Of a stretch of DNA of 64,000 nucleotides, positions 19,105 through 27,499 are shown piece after piece. Origin of the DNA: Nitrospirota bacterium (GTDB taxonomy: Bacteria > Nitrospirota > Nitrospiria > Nitrospirales > Nitrospiraceae); contig CAVPBK010000005.1 of assembly GCA_963701855.1 (NCBI GenBank), positions 192,001-256,000 on the forward strand. The letters run 5' to 3'. Each line of letters starts with the position of its first letter. Positions within the stretch are counted from its first letter, which is position 1. Under the pieces are notes generated by a model. That model did no database searches, was not told where the DNA came from, and saw nothing but the letters and a program-made list of their open reading frames with translations. The position numbers and the translations under genes are program-made.

Positions 19105-20499
19105 ATGTTGCAACCCAGTCCCCTGAGACGACGAATCTTCGGTTTGGAGAATGAGTACGGCCTCATTTTTTCTCCGAACGGACGCGTCTATCTGCCGATG
19201 GAGAAGGTGCTAGGGTATATTTTTGAAGGTCTCATTCCGAACAGCTGGCCTTCCAATGCTTTCCTGGTGAACGGCGCTCGGTTTTACCAGGACACCGGCT
19301 GCCATCCTGAGTATTCCACCCCCGAGTGTGACAACATTCTTGATCTCGTCATCCACGACAAAGCCGGTGAGCGACTGCTTGAAGCCTGCTTGCCTGCGGC
19401 TGAAGAACGATTACGGGAAGAGGGTTTGTCCGGGGAAATCTACATTTTCAAGAACAATACAGATTCGCTCGGCAATACCTACGGGTGCCATGAAAACTTC
19501 CTTATGCGCCGCGATGTTGATTTTTGGAAAGTCACGGAACAACTCATTCCCTTTTTCGTCACCCGGCAGATCTATAGTGGAGCGGGAAAGGTTCTAAAAG
19601 TATCGGGCAAACCGCAGTACTTTATCTCGCAACGGGCACAACACATTCACGAGAAGACCTCCTCCTCGACCACCTCCTCGCGCAGCATCATCAATACTAG
19701 AGACGAACCGCACTCTGATGCGGAACGCTACCGGCGGCTCCATATCATCGTCGGGGATTCCAACATGTCGGAGTTTGTAACCTATTTGAAGGTCGGCACG
19801 GCGACGTTGGTGCTGTCCATGATTGAGGAAGGGTATGCAGTCCAAGGGATGGAGTTCGAGGACCCAGTCAAAGCCATTCGGGAGGTGTCGCGTGATCCCA
19901 CCTTGAAGCGCAAGATTAAGCTGGACGATGGTCGTCAAATGACGGCGATCGAAGTTCAGCGGGTCTATCTGGATCGAGCGCAGGAGTATTTGGCCCAACA
20001 GGAGCACGATCCGACCCTCGACGATGTGTGGCAGCGATGGGCCATGGTGCTGGATAAACTTGAAGAGGATCCGATGCAGCTCGTGCGTGAAATCGATTGG
20101 GTGACCAAGCGCCATCTGATCCAGTCCTATATCGACAAGAAGGGTTGCGGTTGGGACGACCCACGGGTGTTCCTGCTCGATCTCCAATTTCATGACGTCA
20201 AACGGACGCGCGGATTGTACTATCTGATGGAGTCCCGTGGGCTGATCGAACGGGTGGTGGAGGAGGAAGCGGTGCAACGGGCCATGTCGACTCCGCCACA
20301 GACCACGAGGGCGAAGGTGCGCGGCGATTTCATTCGGTTTGCCCGCGCGAAGAATCGCTCCTACACGGTCGACTGGACCTATCTGAAACTCAATGGCTAC
20401 TGGGAAGAAACGATTCTCTGTATGGACCCTTTCAGCGCCGTGAATCGGCGTGTGGATGAATTGCTCTCGCAGGTGGCGGGGCTACGGTTTTACCGATAA
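19105..20499 (+). CDS. pafA: Pup--protein ligase
   Basis: RRIFGLENEYG, NGARFYQDTGCHPEYSTPECD, KNNTDSLGNTYGCHEN, TTRAKVRGDF, VDWTYLK. Confidence 0.9.
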   Translation: MLQPSPLRRRIFGLENEYGLIFSPNGRVYLPMEKVLGYIFEGLIPNSWPSNAFLVNGARFYQDTGCHPEYSTPECDNILDLVIHDKAGERLLEACLPAAEERLREEGLSGEIYIFKNNTDSLGNTYGCHENFLMRRDVDFWKVTEQLIPFFVTRQIYSGAGKVLKVSGKPQYFISQRAQHIHEKTSSSTTSSRSIINTRDEPHSDAERYRRLHIIVGDSNMSEFVTYLKVGTATLVLSMIEEGYAVQGMEFEDPVKAIREVSRDPTLKRKIKLDDGRQMTAIEVQRVYLDRAQEYLAQQEHDPTLDDVWQRWAMVLDKLEEDPMQLVREIDWVTKRHLIQSYIDKKGCGWDDPRVFLLDLQFHDVKRTRGLYYLMESRGLIERVVEEEAVQRAMSTPPQTTRAKVRGDFIRFARAKNRSYTVDWTYLKLNGYWEETILCMDPFSAVNRRVDELLSQVAGLRFYR

Positions 20500-21506
20500 T
20501 GATGACTGCTCTCAAACAGACGCGTTCGCGGATCTCGCAGCTGGACCGAACGCTGATCACGGCCGTCTTGTTGCTATCCAGCGTCTTTCCCGTCGAGTTG
20601 TTCTCCAATACGCCTCCAGCGCCGATGGGGCACGATGGGCAATATAGCGGCAGGCAGGGGCAAGTGCTGGTGATCAAAGTGAAGGGTGAAGAGCAGGCGA
20701 CGGAAGTGAAGGGGACGTTTCTGAAACGGACGATTCCATTTTTCCGAGAGTTCAGGCCTGGGGAGCCGACTGGCTATATTGGGCTGCTCGGGATCGACAT
20801 GCAGGATGAGCCGGGGACCTATGAACTTGTCGTTGAAGTAAAGCAGGGCGAACAGGCGAAGCAGTTGAGCTTCAATATCCTCGTGGCCAAAGAGAAGTTT
20901 ATCGTCGAGCATCTGAAGCTGCCGAAAGAGAAGGTCGATCTGGATGAGAAGAGCACGGCACGTTGGAAATCCGAACAAGAGCAAGTCAAGCAGGCGCTTG
21001 CAGAGAACTCGCGTCTGAAGTTATGGCACAGCAACTTCGTGGAACCGGTGAATGGCAAACGTACCGGTATCTTCGGCAGCGTGCGGATTATGAACGGCCA
21101 GCCGCGCAATCCACATAACGGAGAAGATATCGGTGCGCCGCTGGGGACTGATGTAGCCGCGACGAATGATGGGATCGTCCGCATCACGGTCGATCATATT
21201 TTCTCCGGCAAAGGCGTCTTCGTCGATCACGGCCTGGGGTTCTATACGATGTATTTTCACCTGTCGGAGATTCTGGTCAAAGACGGAGACTTGGTCACGG
21301 CGGGGCAAATCATCGGTAAAGTGGGAGCAACCGGCCGCGCCACCGGCCCGCATCTCCATTGGGGTGTCAAACTCAACGGCGCCCGTGTGAATCCTTATTC
21401 ACTGCTCGATCTACCGTTCAAGAATGGAATGACACCAGCGGCGACGGTTGCCACGCCGGCTCCTGAAGCCCCGCCGAACCAACAAGCCGTACCCGTCAAA
21501 GAATAG
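20499..21506 (+). CDS. M23 family metallopeptidase
   Basis: HNGED, YFHL, TGRATGPHLHW zinc motifs; overlaps the pafA stop (TAATG). Confidence 0.88.
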   Translation: MMTALKQTRSRISQLDRTLITAVLLLSSVFPVELFSNTPPAPMGHDGQYSGRQGQVLVIKVKGEEQATEVKGTFLKRTIPFFREFRPGEPTGYIGLLGIDMQDEPGTYELVVEVKQGEQAKQLSFNILVAKEKFIVEHLKLPKEKVDLDEKSTARWKSEQEQVKQALAENSRLKLWHSNFVEPVNGKRTGIFGSVRIMNGQPRNPHNGEDIGAPLGTDVAATNDGIVRITVDHIFSGKGVFVDHGLGFYTMYFHLSEILVKDGDLVTAGQIIGKVGATGRATGPHLHWGVKLNGARVNPYSLLDLPFKNGMTPAATVATPAPEAPPNQQAVPVKE

Positions 21507-21511
21507 AAAAG

Positions 21512-21719
21512 TAGGGCTGGTGGGTTCTGCCCTGCTCACGCGCTCCGGCTCGACCGCACTAAGCCTCCCATCTGCTCGCCTGCGCAACTTGTTCCGTTCA
21601 GAGCTGCGCTCGAACGGAGTTTCGAACAGTGCTCGTCGTCGCTTACGCGATCGCAGCTGTTCGACAAGTGCGGTTCCCGAGCCTCCGCGCAAGTCGCGAT
21701 GAAGGTCCCACCAGCCCTA
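21512..21719. mobile_element. MITE-like element, family B
   Basis: Perfect 13-bp terminal inverted repeat TAGGGCTGGTGGG/CCCACCAGCCCTA; about 208 bp with no credible ORF. Confidence 0.7.
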
Positions 21720-22076
21720 ATGAAATGGTGGAAAACGTCGGCGATGCCCGCTCTGAACCCTGGCACACCTTTCTGATGGAATTTGACTATGCTCGTGCAA
21801 AAAAGTAGCCTGCCCCAGTATTTTCTTCCAAGCGAAAGCGAAGCGAGATTGTGCGAGATGCGCTTCGTCATCAGCTCTCATTGATGACATTTGAGCAGCT
21901 TTGCCACAAAGTCATGCTTTTTCGGAAGCGTGCGGCTTCTGGAATCATGCCAAGAAACGACCAAGAAAGTAAGTGCTCCTTCTTGCGGGTGAGGCGGGTC
22001 GACGAAAAGACTCCCGACACCGTTTTCCCTTTTGGATAGGCTCCTAGTACGATAATTTACTAATGCCGGATGAAGC

Positions 22077-22310
22077 ATGGGTTACTGGAAACAAAAGATG
22101 CTAGAGGAGCAAGAGCACGGATGGTCATCGTTAGGTAGTAAGTGTGTATGTGCAAAATGCTTCGAAGATGCAGCCCTCGCAGCTTTTGCTTCTGAGAATG
22201 CAGTCGAACACGAGTGTGATTATTGTGGGAGAAAATCTAGAAAGAGGTCCATCGCAGTAGGAATTAATGAGGTTATGGAGGTGATCGATGAAGGCATTCG
22301 AAGTGAATGA
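22077..22310 (+). pseudogene. Truncated Cys-rich N-terminal domain of a HEPN/RES-associated protein
   Basis: KCVCAKCFED..L and ECDYCG resemble the N-terminal Zn-binding domain of RES-domain proteins; AT-rich; stops 19 bp before an IS3. Confidence 0.55.
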
Positions 22311-22359
22311 CAAACGAACTGGGACATTCTGAGCTGCCCCGGGTTTCGTGGACACCAGG

Positions 22360-23259
22360 TTAAGAGTCACTGCTCCGTCGCTCGAACTCCAGCGGACTGA
22401 GATACCTCAGGCTCTGATGCAGCCGCTGGCGATTGTAGAACCCCTCGATAAACGCAAAGATCTCCCGGCTCGCCTCGTCCCGCGTGTGATACGTCTGGTG
22501 ATGGACCAATTCATTCTTGAGCGTGCTGAAGAAGCTCTCTGCCACGGCATTGTCATAACAGTTGCCCTTCCGACTCATGCTCGGGACTATGCCGAGACTT
22601 ACGAGCTGCCGTTGATAGGCCAGACAGCTATATTGAGCGCCTTGATCGGAATGATGAATCAGGCCTGGCCGGACGCGTCGTTGATGCACCGCCATGGCCA
22701 GGGCGTCGAGCGTCAGCTGTTGATCGGGCCGGGCACTCATCGCCCAGCCGATCGCGCGTCGTGAATACAAATCCAGCAGCACCGCCACATAGAGCCAGCC
22801 AGCTCGTGTCGGCACGTGAGTCATGTCACCGACCCACACCCGATTCAGTTCCGTCGTCACAAAGCGTTGCTGGAGCCGGTTGGGTGCCGGTGGGGGAAGT
22901 TGATGGTGTTCGACGATGACGCGGAAGCGCCGGGCTCGCCGGGCTTCGAGCCCCGCGAGTTTCCGCAGCCGGGCTACCCGATGGCGGCCACAGCGAATGC
23001 CACGGGCAGTCAGCACCCGCCAGAGTTTCAATGCGCCGTACCCTTCGCGCGTCTGCTGATGCAGGTCCCGCAGGACTGGGAGGAGCTGGTGATCCTCTGC
23101 GGCCCGCGCACTCACCGGGCGATCCCGCCAGGCATAGTAGCCGCTCCGACTGACGGCGAGGGCCGCGCACAAGCGACTGACGCGATGAGTCTGTGCCTGA
23201 GTCCGGATAAACGCGTATCTCACGTGGACTCCCTCGCAAAGAACGCGGCGGCTTTTTTT
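22360..23259 (-). CDS. IS3 transposase OrfB (DDE integrase core), joined to OrfA by -1 frameshift
   Basis: WVGDMTHV, HHSDQGAQY, SRKGNCYDNAVAESFFSTLK; A7G slippery site at about 23252-23259. Confidence 0.93.
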   Translation of the reverse strand, partial: KKSRRVLCEGVHVRYAFIRTQAQTHRVSRLCAALAVSRSGYYAWRDRPVSARAAEDHQLLPVLRDLHQQTREGYGALKLWRVLTARGIRCGRHRVARLRKLAGLEARRARRFRVIVEHHQLPPPAPNRLQQRFVTTELNRVWVGDMTHVPTRAGWLYVAVLLDLYSRRAIGWAMSARPDQQLTLDALAMAVHQRRVRPGLIHHSDQGAQYSCLAYQRQLVSLGIVPSMSRKGNCYDNAVAESFFSTLKNELVHHQTYHTRDEASREIFAFIEGFYNRQRLHQSLRYLSPLEFERRSSDS

Positions 23260-23510
23260 AAAATGTCGCGCTCCTCCGTCACTCGGGCCAACTCCCGCTT
23301 GAGCCGGGCCAGTTCGGCCGCGGGTTCGGCTTGCCGCCCGGAGCCCGGGAATGCCCCGCCATGCGTGGCCACGTCCTTCTGCCATTTATAGAGACGATTG
23401 CGTGGGACGCCGAGCTCCCGGGCAATCTCGGCCGCGGGCCGTTGGCCCGCGTTCAGCAGCAGCACGGCTTGTCGCTTAAACTCAGGGGTGAACCGTCGTC
23501 GTTGGCCCAT
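23220..23510 (-). CDS. IS3 transposase OrfA (HTH plus leucine zipper)
   Basis: RRRFTPEFKRQAV, IARELGV, EERDILKKAAAFF. Confidence 0.93.
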   Translation of the reverse strand: MGQRRRFTPEFKRQAVLLLNAGQRPAAEIARELGVPRNRLYKWQKDVATHGGAFPGSGRQAEPAAELARLKRELARVTEERDILKKAAAFFAREST

Positions 23511-23658
23511 GTCGCACCTCCTCGGGGGCTATCGTGCCCCCATTTGAGGTGTCCGTCAAACCCGGGCTAGCTCATTCTGCTTTTTTTGAATGTCACGAGG
23601 TGACAAGTTTCGTAATTTTACACTGCGTGAAAGGGCGGGTGGCACAGCACTCCTCTTG

Positions 23659-24027
23659 TTACTGTGGTCGCCCGGTCATCCCGCCGAGGAGGTCTGGGAG
23701 ATTTTCGGTGTTGGGACTATTCTTCATGGAGGCGTTGATGTCGTCGAGTAGTTGGCCGGCTTCCGGGTTCATGGATTTGATGGTCTGCTGAAGATTGCCG
23801 GACATCAATTCTCGTTGAATTTGAGCGTCGGTGATTTTCCCTTCCTTGATGTTCTGCTGTAGCATCAGGCCAAGTTGATGCATCTTGGTCTGAACATCGG
23901 ATGGTAGGGCATCCATGATGCCTTCCGCGCTCTGTGACGGGTGGCCTCCGGGGGCGATTTGTGCGTCGGCTTCTGCAGCGAGAAATACACAGCATGCGAT
24001 TGTCAGTATGGGGCTCCATCTTGTCAT
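23659..24027 (-). CDS. Hypothetical exported protein
   Basis: Signal peptide (…FLAAEADA-Q), GGAGG SD, helical Gln/Met-rich mature part. Confidence 0.65.
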   Translation of the reverse strand: MTRWSPILTIACCVFLAAEADAQIAPGGHPSQSAEGIMDALPSDVQTKMHQLGLMLQQNIKEGKITDAQIQRELMSGNLQQTIKSMNPEAGQLLDDINASMKNSPNTENLPDLLGGMTGRPQ

Positions 24028-24039
24028 AGCCTGCCTCCG

Positions 24040-24131
24040 TATCTGTCTTGTTTATTTGGTTGAGCCAGACTTACCAAATAAACCAAATCAACCAGATAGA
24101 CCAGACAAACCAGATAACCAGACAGACCGGA
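24040..24131. repeat. 9-bp periodic inverted repeat
   Basis: TCTGTCTTGTTTATTTGG ... (ACCAAATAA, ACCAAATCA, ACCAGATAG, ACCAGACAA, ACCAGATA) next to the HD gene stop. Confidence 0.8.
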
Positions 24132-25553
24132 CTAGTCGTTCGATTCGAGGCTCGACGGGGTTTTGTTGAGTACTGTGGCGGTGGCGCGAGAGAGGGCTTC
24201 GTCATGCGCGTGGTCGAGGGTATAGACGCGGAATTGGACTAAGCGCGTCGGTAGCAGGTCGAGGAATTCTTCTAGTGGGTCGGTTGAGATGCCTTTGGTG
24301 CCGGGGTCATACACATAGAGGGGGCTGCCTCGTCGGTCTTTCGGGTCTGGCCGTGGGTCGAGCGGCGCCATGTCGACACGGAACTCAACTTTTTGGAGGC
24401 GCGTCGGTAATTCCTTCCTGATCTGCTCTTGGAAGTGCTCGTGGCTGGGAAAGTCCATGCCGCGCTCCTGGCCCTTTTCCTTGAGCACGGCGCTGTAGGC
24501 CATCTTCCATTTGACATCACGCCCAAGAATCCGCTGCCACTCTGCACCGAGGCGACGCTCGGCGGCATGGCGCGAGGTCTTCCACCCCCGTACCTGTTCA
24601 AGTAGGGACCAGTCAGTCAGTGTCAGGTACTCGTCCATCTTCTTGCGAGGATCGTGGGGAAACAGAAGCTTCATGCTGTCGCCGAAGATGTCGCGAAGGT
24701 GGATGTCGATCGCTCGAGTGGTTCGGTGATAGTAGACATTGGAATAGAGATACATGCGGGTATTCAGGAACATCTGCAGGGCAGGAAGGCCCGTCTTATG
24801 AATCGTAAATCCCTTATCCGTGATGATCGTGTAGTGAATGAGTCTGGAGAGATCGACCGGGCCGACGGCGACGCCGCACATATAGGAGTCGCGCAGGACA
24901 TAGTCAAGATTGTCCGCAGTATAGCTGCCGGAGATAACCGGCTGGAGCATGTTGAGCCATGGCGGAATGCGGGAGTTGTCTTTGCCTTTTTCCTTGAGAA
25001 TCACATGCGCGATTTGATCGGGGTTGAGTTCCTCGCCTTTGGCGAAGGGGCCGGACGGACTGCGCCGGATCTTGCGGATGATCGGGCCGAGATAGTCGCG
25101 GATGATGATCTGCCCGAGTTTTTCGTGACTGGCATGGAAGGCGTGCAAGTAATTGTCGTCGAAGAAATGGCAGAAGGGACCGTGGCCGATGTCGTGCACG
25201 AGCGCCGTGACGCGGAGAAGCTCCTCGACATAGTTCGCCGAGGGGACATCCTTGACCGCTTTCTTGAGGAACGGATAGAGGTGCTGTGCAAAGCGGCCTG
25301 CCACATGCATGGTGCCGAGCGAGTGGACGAAGCGGGTGTGTTCCGCTGAGGGGTATACCCAACGGGCGCTTTGGAGTTGATAGATGTACCGGAGGCGTTG
25401 GACCCAGGGGGAGTCGATGAGGTCTTTTTCCGTCCGTTCGTGTTGGTCCGCAGTGGAGAAGGGTACGGTGAAGGAGACGTACTGGTGGATCGGATCTGCG
25501 ATCAGCGCCGACCCATCATAGGGAGCATTGGATTGATGGCTGGATTGAGACAT
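24132..25553 (-). CDS. HD-domain phosphohydrolase (dNTPase/SAMHD1-like)
   Basis: QRLRYIYQL, HTRFVHSLG, HDIGHGPFCH, ADNLDYVLRD, VYYH. Confidence 0.88.
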   Translation of the reverse strand: MSQSSHQSNAPYDGSALIADPIHQYVSFTVPFSTADQHERTEKDLIDSPWVQRLRYIYQLQSARWVYPSAEHTRFVHSLGTMHVAGRFAQHLYPFLKKAVKDVPSANYVEELLRVTALVHDIGHGPFCHFFDDNYLHAFHASHEKLGQIIIRDYLGPIIRKIRRSPSGPFAKGEELNPDQIAHVILKEKGKDNSRIPPWLNMLQPVISGSYTADNLDYVLRDSYMCGVAVGPVDLSRLIHYTIITDKGFTIHKTGLPALQMFLNTRMYLYSNVYYHRTTRAIDIHLRDIFGDSMKLLFPHDPRKKMDEYLTLTDWSLLEQVRGWKTSRHAAERRLGAEWQRILGRDVKWKMAYSAVLKEKGQERGMDFPSHEHFQEQIRKELPTRLQKVEFRVDMAPLDPRPDPKDRRGSPLYVYDPGTKGISTDPLEEFLDLLPTRLVQFRVYTLDHAHDEALSRATATVLNKTPSSLESND

Positions 25554-25567
25554 AACGAGCGATCATC

Positions 25568-26056
25568 TTAGCGTACATCTTGAGGGGGCGGCAATGGCTC
25601 GGTCTGCTCGAGTGGGTGTGACTGCCGATATCTGGCCACGAAATAGTAGGCGAGTGGATAGGCCAATGCCGCACCGAGGAGGCTCAAGACCAAACCGCCA
25701 ACGATAAAGGGCATGGCATAGGGCATGACCTGTGCGTAGATCGCGCCAAAACTCATATCCCGCCAGTCGAAGGCTGGGCTGTCCGATCGTCCGAGCAAGA
25801 GTGCGCCAACCCAGTAGGTGGCACCGAGGATGGGGACCACGGTCCAGGGGTTGTTGAGAAAGGCGCCTGCAAGGAGTGCGAGAACGTTGAGACCCAATGC
25901 CCAGGAGAAGAAGAACACCATGACGGTGTGTAATCCGTAGGCCGGGGAGAAACAAATGAAGACTCCGATGGCGAAGGCCAGTGCGGTTCGCTGCGGCGAT
26001 TCGTGTAAATGAAGAGCTTGTTTCAGCAGCGATCGAAATGAAGGAATCTTGGCCAT
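25568..26056 (-). CDS. DUF2062 family membrane protein
   Basis: SPQRTALAFAIGVFI.FSP..GLHT, NNPWT, PFIVGGLV. Confidence 0.8.
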   Translation of the reverse strand: MAKIPSFRSLLKQALHLHESPQRTALAFAIGVFICFSPAYGLHTVMVFFFSWALGLNVLALLAGAFLNNPWTVVPILGATYWVGALLLGRSDSPAFDWRDMSFGAIYAQVMPYAMPFIVGGLVLSLLGAALAYPLAYYFVARYRQSHPLEQTEPLPPPQDVR

Positions 26057-26077
26057 GACTGTCGTGGAGGAGGTTGG

Positions 26078-27133
26078 TTAGGTGAAATGTTCATAACTGC
26101 GGTTTGCCAACTGGTGACGCGTACCGTGAGGGGACAGGGCCTGCATCCCGAAGCGATGGGGGTGAATTTTTCCAATGCAGGTCAGGGAGAATCCCTGCTT
26201 GAAGGCTGTCCGTTCGAATCGTGGACGTTGTCGTGGCGATACGGTAAAGAGCAATTCATAATCCTCGCCTCCGGTCAGCGCGAGGTCCACCGGATCGAGT
26301 TTGCAAGAGGCTGCATAAGCGCGGCAGGCCGGCGATAACGGGAGCGCGCCGAGGTCCAACTCCAACCCAACATGGCTTTCCTCGCAGATGTGGCGGAGGT
26401 CGCCTGAGAGGCCGTCTGAAATATCGATTGCGGAGGTGGCAAAGCGATGGGCACTGAGCCACCGACCTTCTGCGATGCGCGCGGTTGGACGCAGGTGCCG
26501 CCTGATCAGAAATTGTCGGTGTTTCGTTGAGAGTGCCGAAGTGCGGGGACGGCGGCTCGCATGTGGCGGCGGTTCGTTCAAGAGTCTCAGGCCGGCCAAT
26601 GCGTCTCCGATTGTGCCGGTCACATAGAGGCCATCGCCGATTTGTGCGCCGCTTCGAAAGAGGGCCTTGCGGGGAGGGACCATTCCGACCAGTGTCAGAC
26701 TGAGAAACCATCCGCTGCTTGAAGCTGATGTATCTCCGCCGATGAGCCGTACGCGATGCGGGCGGCATGCGGCCATCATCCCTCGGTACAACTGAAGCAC
26801 ATGTTGTCTGGTGCCGGTACGGGGAATGGCCAAGGATACGAGCAGATATTGAGGGGTCGCTCCCATTGCCGCGATGTCGCTAAGATTCGCGGTTGCAGCG
26901 CGGAAGCCGATATCAGCCATCGTGGCGGTTCGGAGGTCGAAGTGGACCCCTTCTGTTAAGAGGTCGGTTGTCAACACAGTCCATTGGCCGGCCTGTGATG
27001 TGATGACAGCGGCATCGTCTCCGATCCCTCGAATTACCGAGGGAGTGCGGCGGCTGTACTGTTGATGGAGTGTGTGAATGAGATCGAATTCGTGGATCGT
27101 GGAGCTGGCTTTCGCGCGGACCGTAAACGCCAT
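26078..27133 (-). CDS. thiL: Thiamine-monophosphate kinase
   Basis: EFDLI, GIGDDAA, NLSDIAAMG, GGDT, IDISDGL, GGEDYEL. Confidence 0.95.
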   Translation of the reverse strand: MAFTVRAKASSTIHEFDLIHTLHQQYSRRTPSVIRGIGDDAAVITSQAGQWTVLTTDLLTEGVHFDLRTATMADIGFRAATANLSDIAAMGATPQYLLVSLAIPRTGTRQHVLQLYRGMMAACRPHRVRLIGGDTSASSSGWFLSLTLVGMVPPRKALFRSGAQIGDGLYVTGTIGDALAGLRLLNEPPPHASRRPRTSALSTKHRQFLIRRHLRPTARIAEGRWLSAHRFATSAIDISDGLSGDLRHICEESHVGLELDLGALPLSPACRAYAASCKLDPVDLALTGGEDYELLFTVSPRQRPRFERTAFKQGFSLTCIGKIHPHRFGMQALSPHGTRHQLANRSYEHFT

Positions 27134-27215
27134 GCTAGCAGGTTCCTGAAAAACCATTGTGGGTTATTGGGGGATCATCGACTAGCATGCCCAAGATGAT
27201 GAGGACATGCCACCG

Positions 27216-27289
27216 CAGGATGCTCAAAATGTTCAGACTTCTCACCCGCCAAACCCTGGCGCGTTGCTGGCGGACTTTTCAGCATCCTG
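27216..27289. mobile_element. Short MITE-like repeat, family A
   Basis: CAGGATGCTCAAAATG ... GCTGGCGGACTTTTCAGCATCCTG. Confidence 0.7.
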
Positions 27290-27313
27290 CTGGTGGAGTT
27301 GTCGGGCCCACAC

Positions 27314-27499
27314 TATTCATGAGCGGTTCTGCTGCAATCGTGGATTAGCCGCTGCAACAAGCCTGGATGCAGCGCCACGGCAGGGAGGCTCGCCGCTTGG
27401 TCGGTCAACATACTGTTCAAGTATGCATCCCTCCCTCGCGGCTCCGCGCGCCTGTCTCGCCTGGCGACTGCGCGATTTCGCGACGAACCGTCATGAATA
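27314..27499. mobile_element. MITE-like element, family C, overlapping the lon stop
   Basis: Near-perfect IR TATTCATGAGCGGTTC / GAACCGTCATGAATA. Confidence 0.6.

Larger units (their letters stand above)
22330..23574 (-). mobile_element. IS3 family insertion sequence, apparently intact (1245 bp)
   Basis: 27-bp imperfect IRs TGAGCTGCCCCGGGTTTCGTGGACACC / TGAGCTAGCCCGGGTTTGACGGACACC, TG..CA ends, 3-bp target duplication TTC. Confidence 0.95.
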
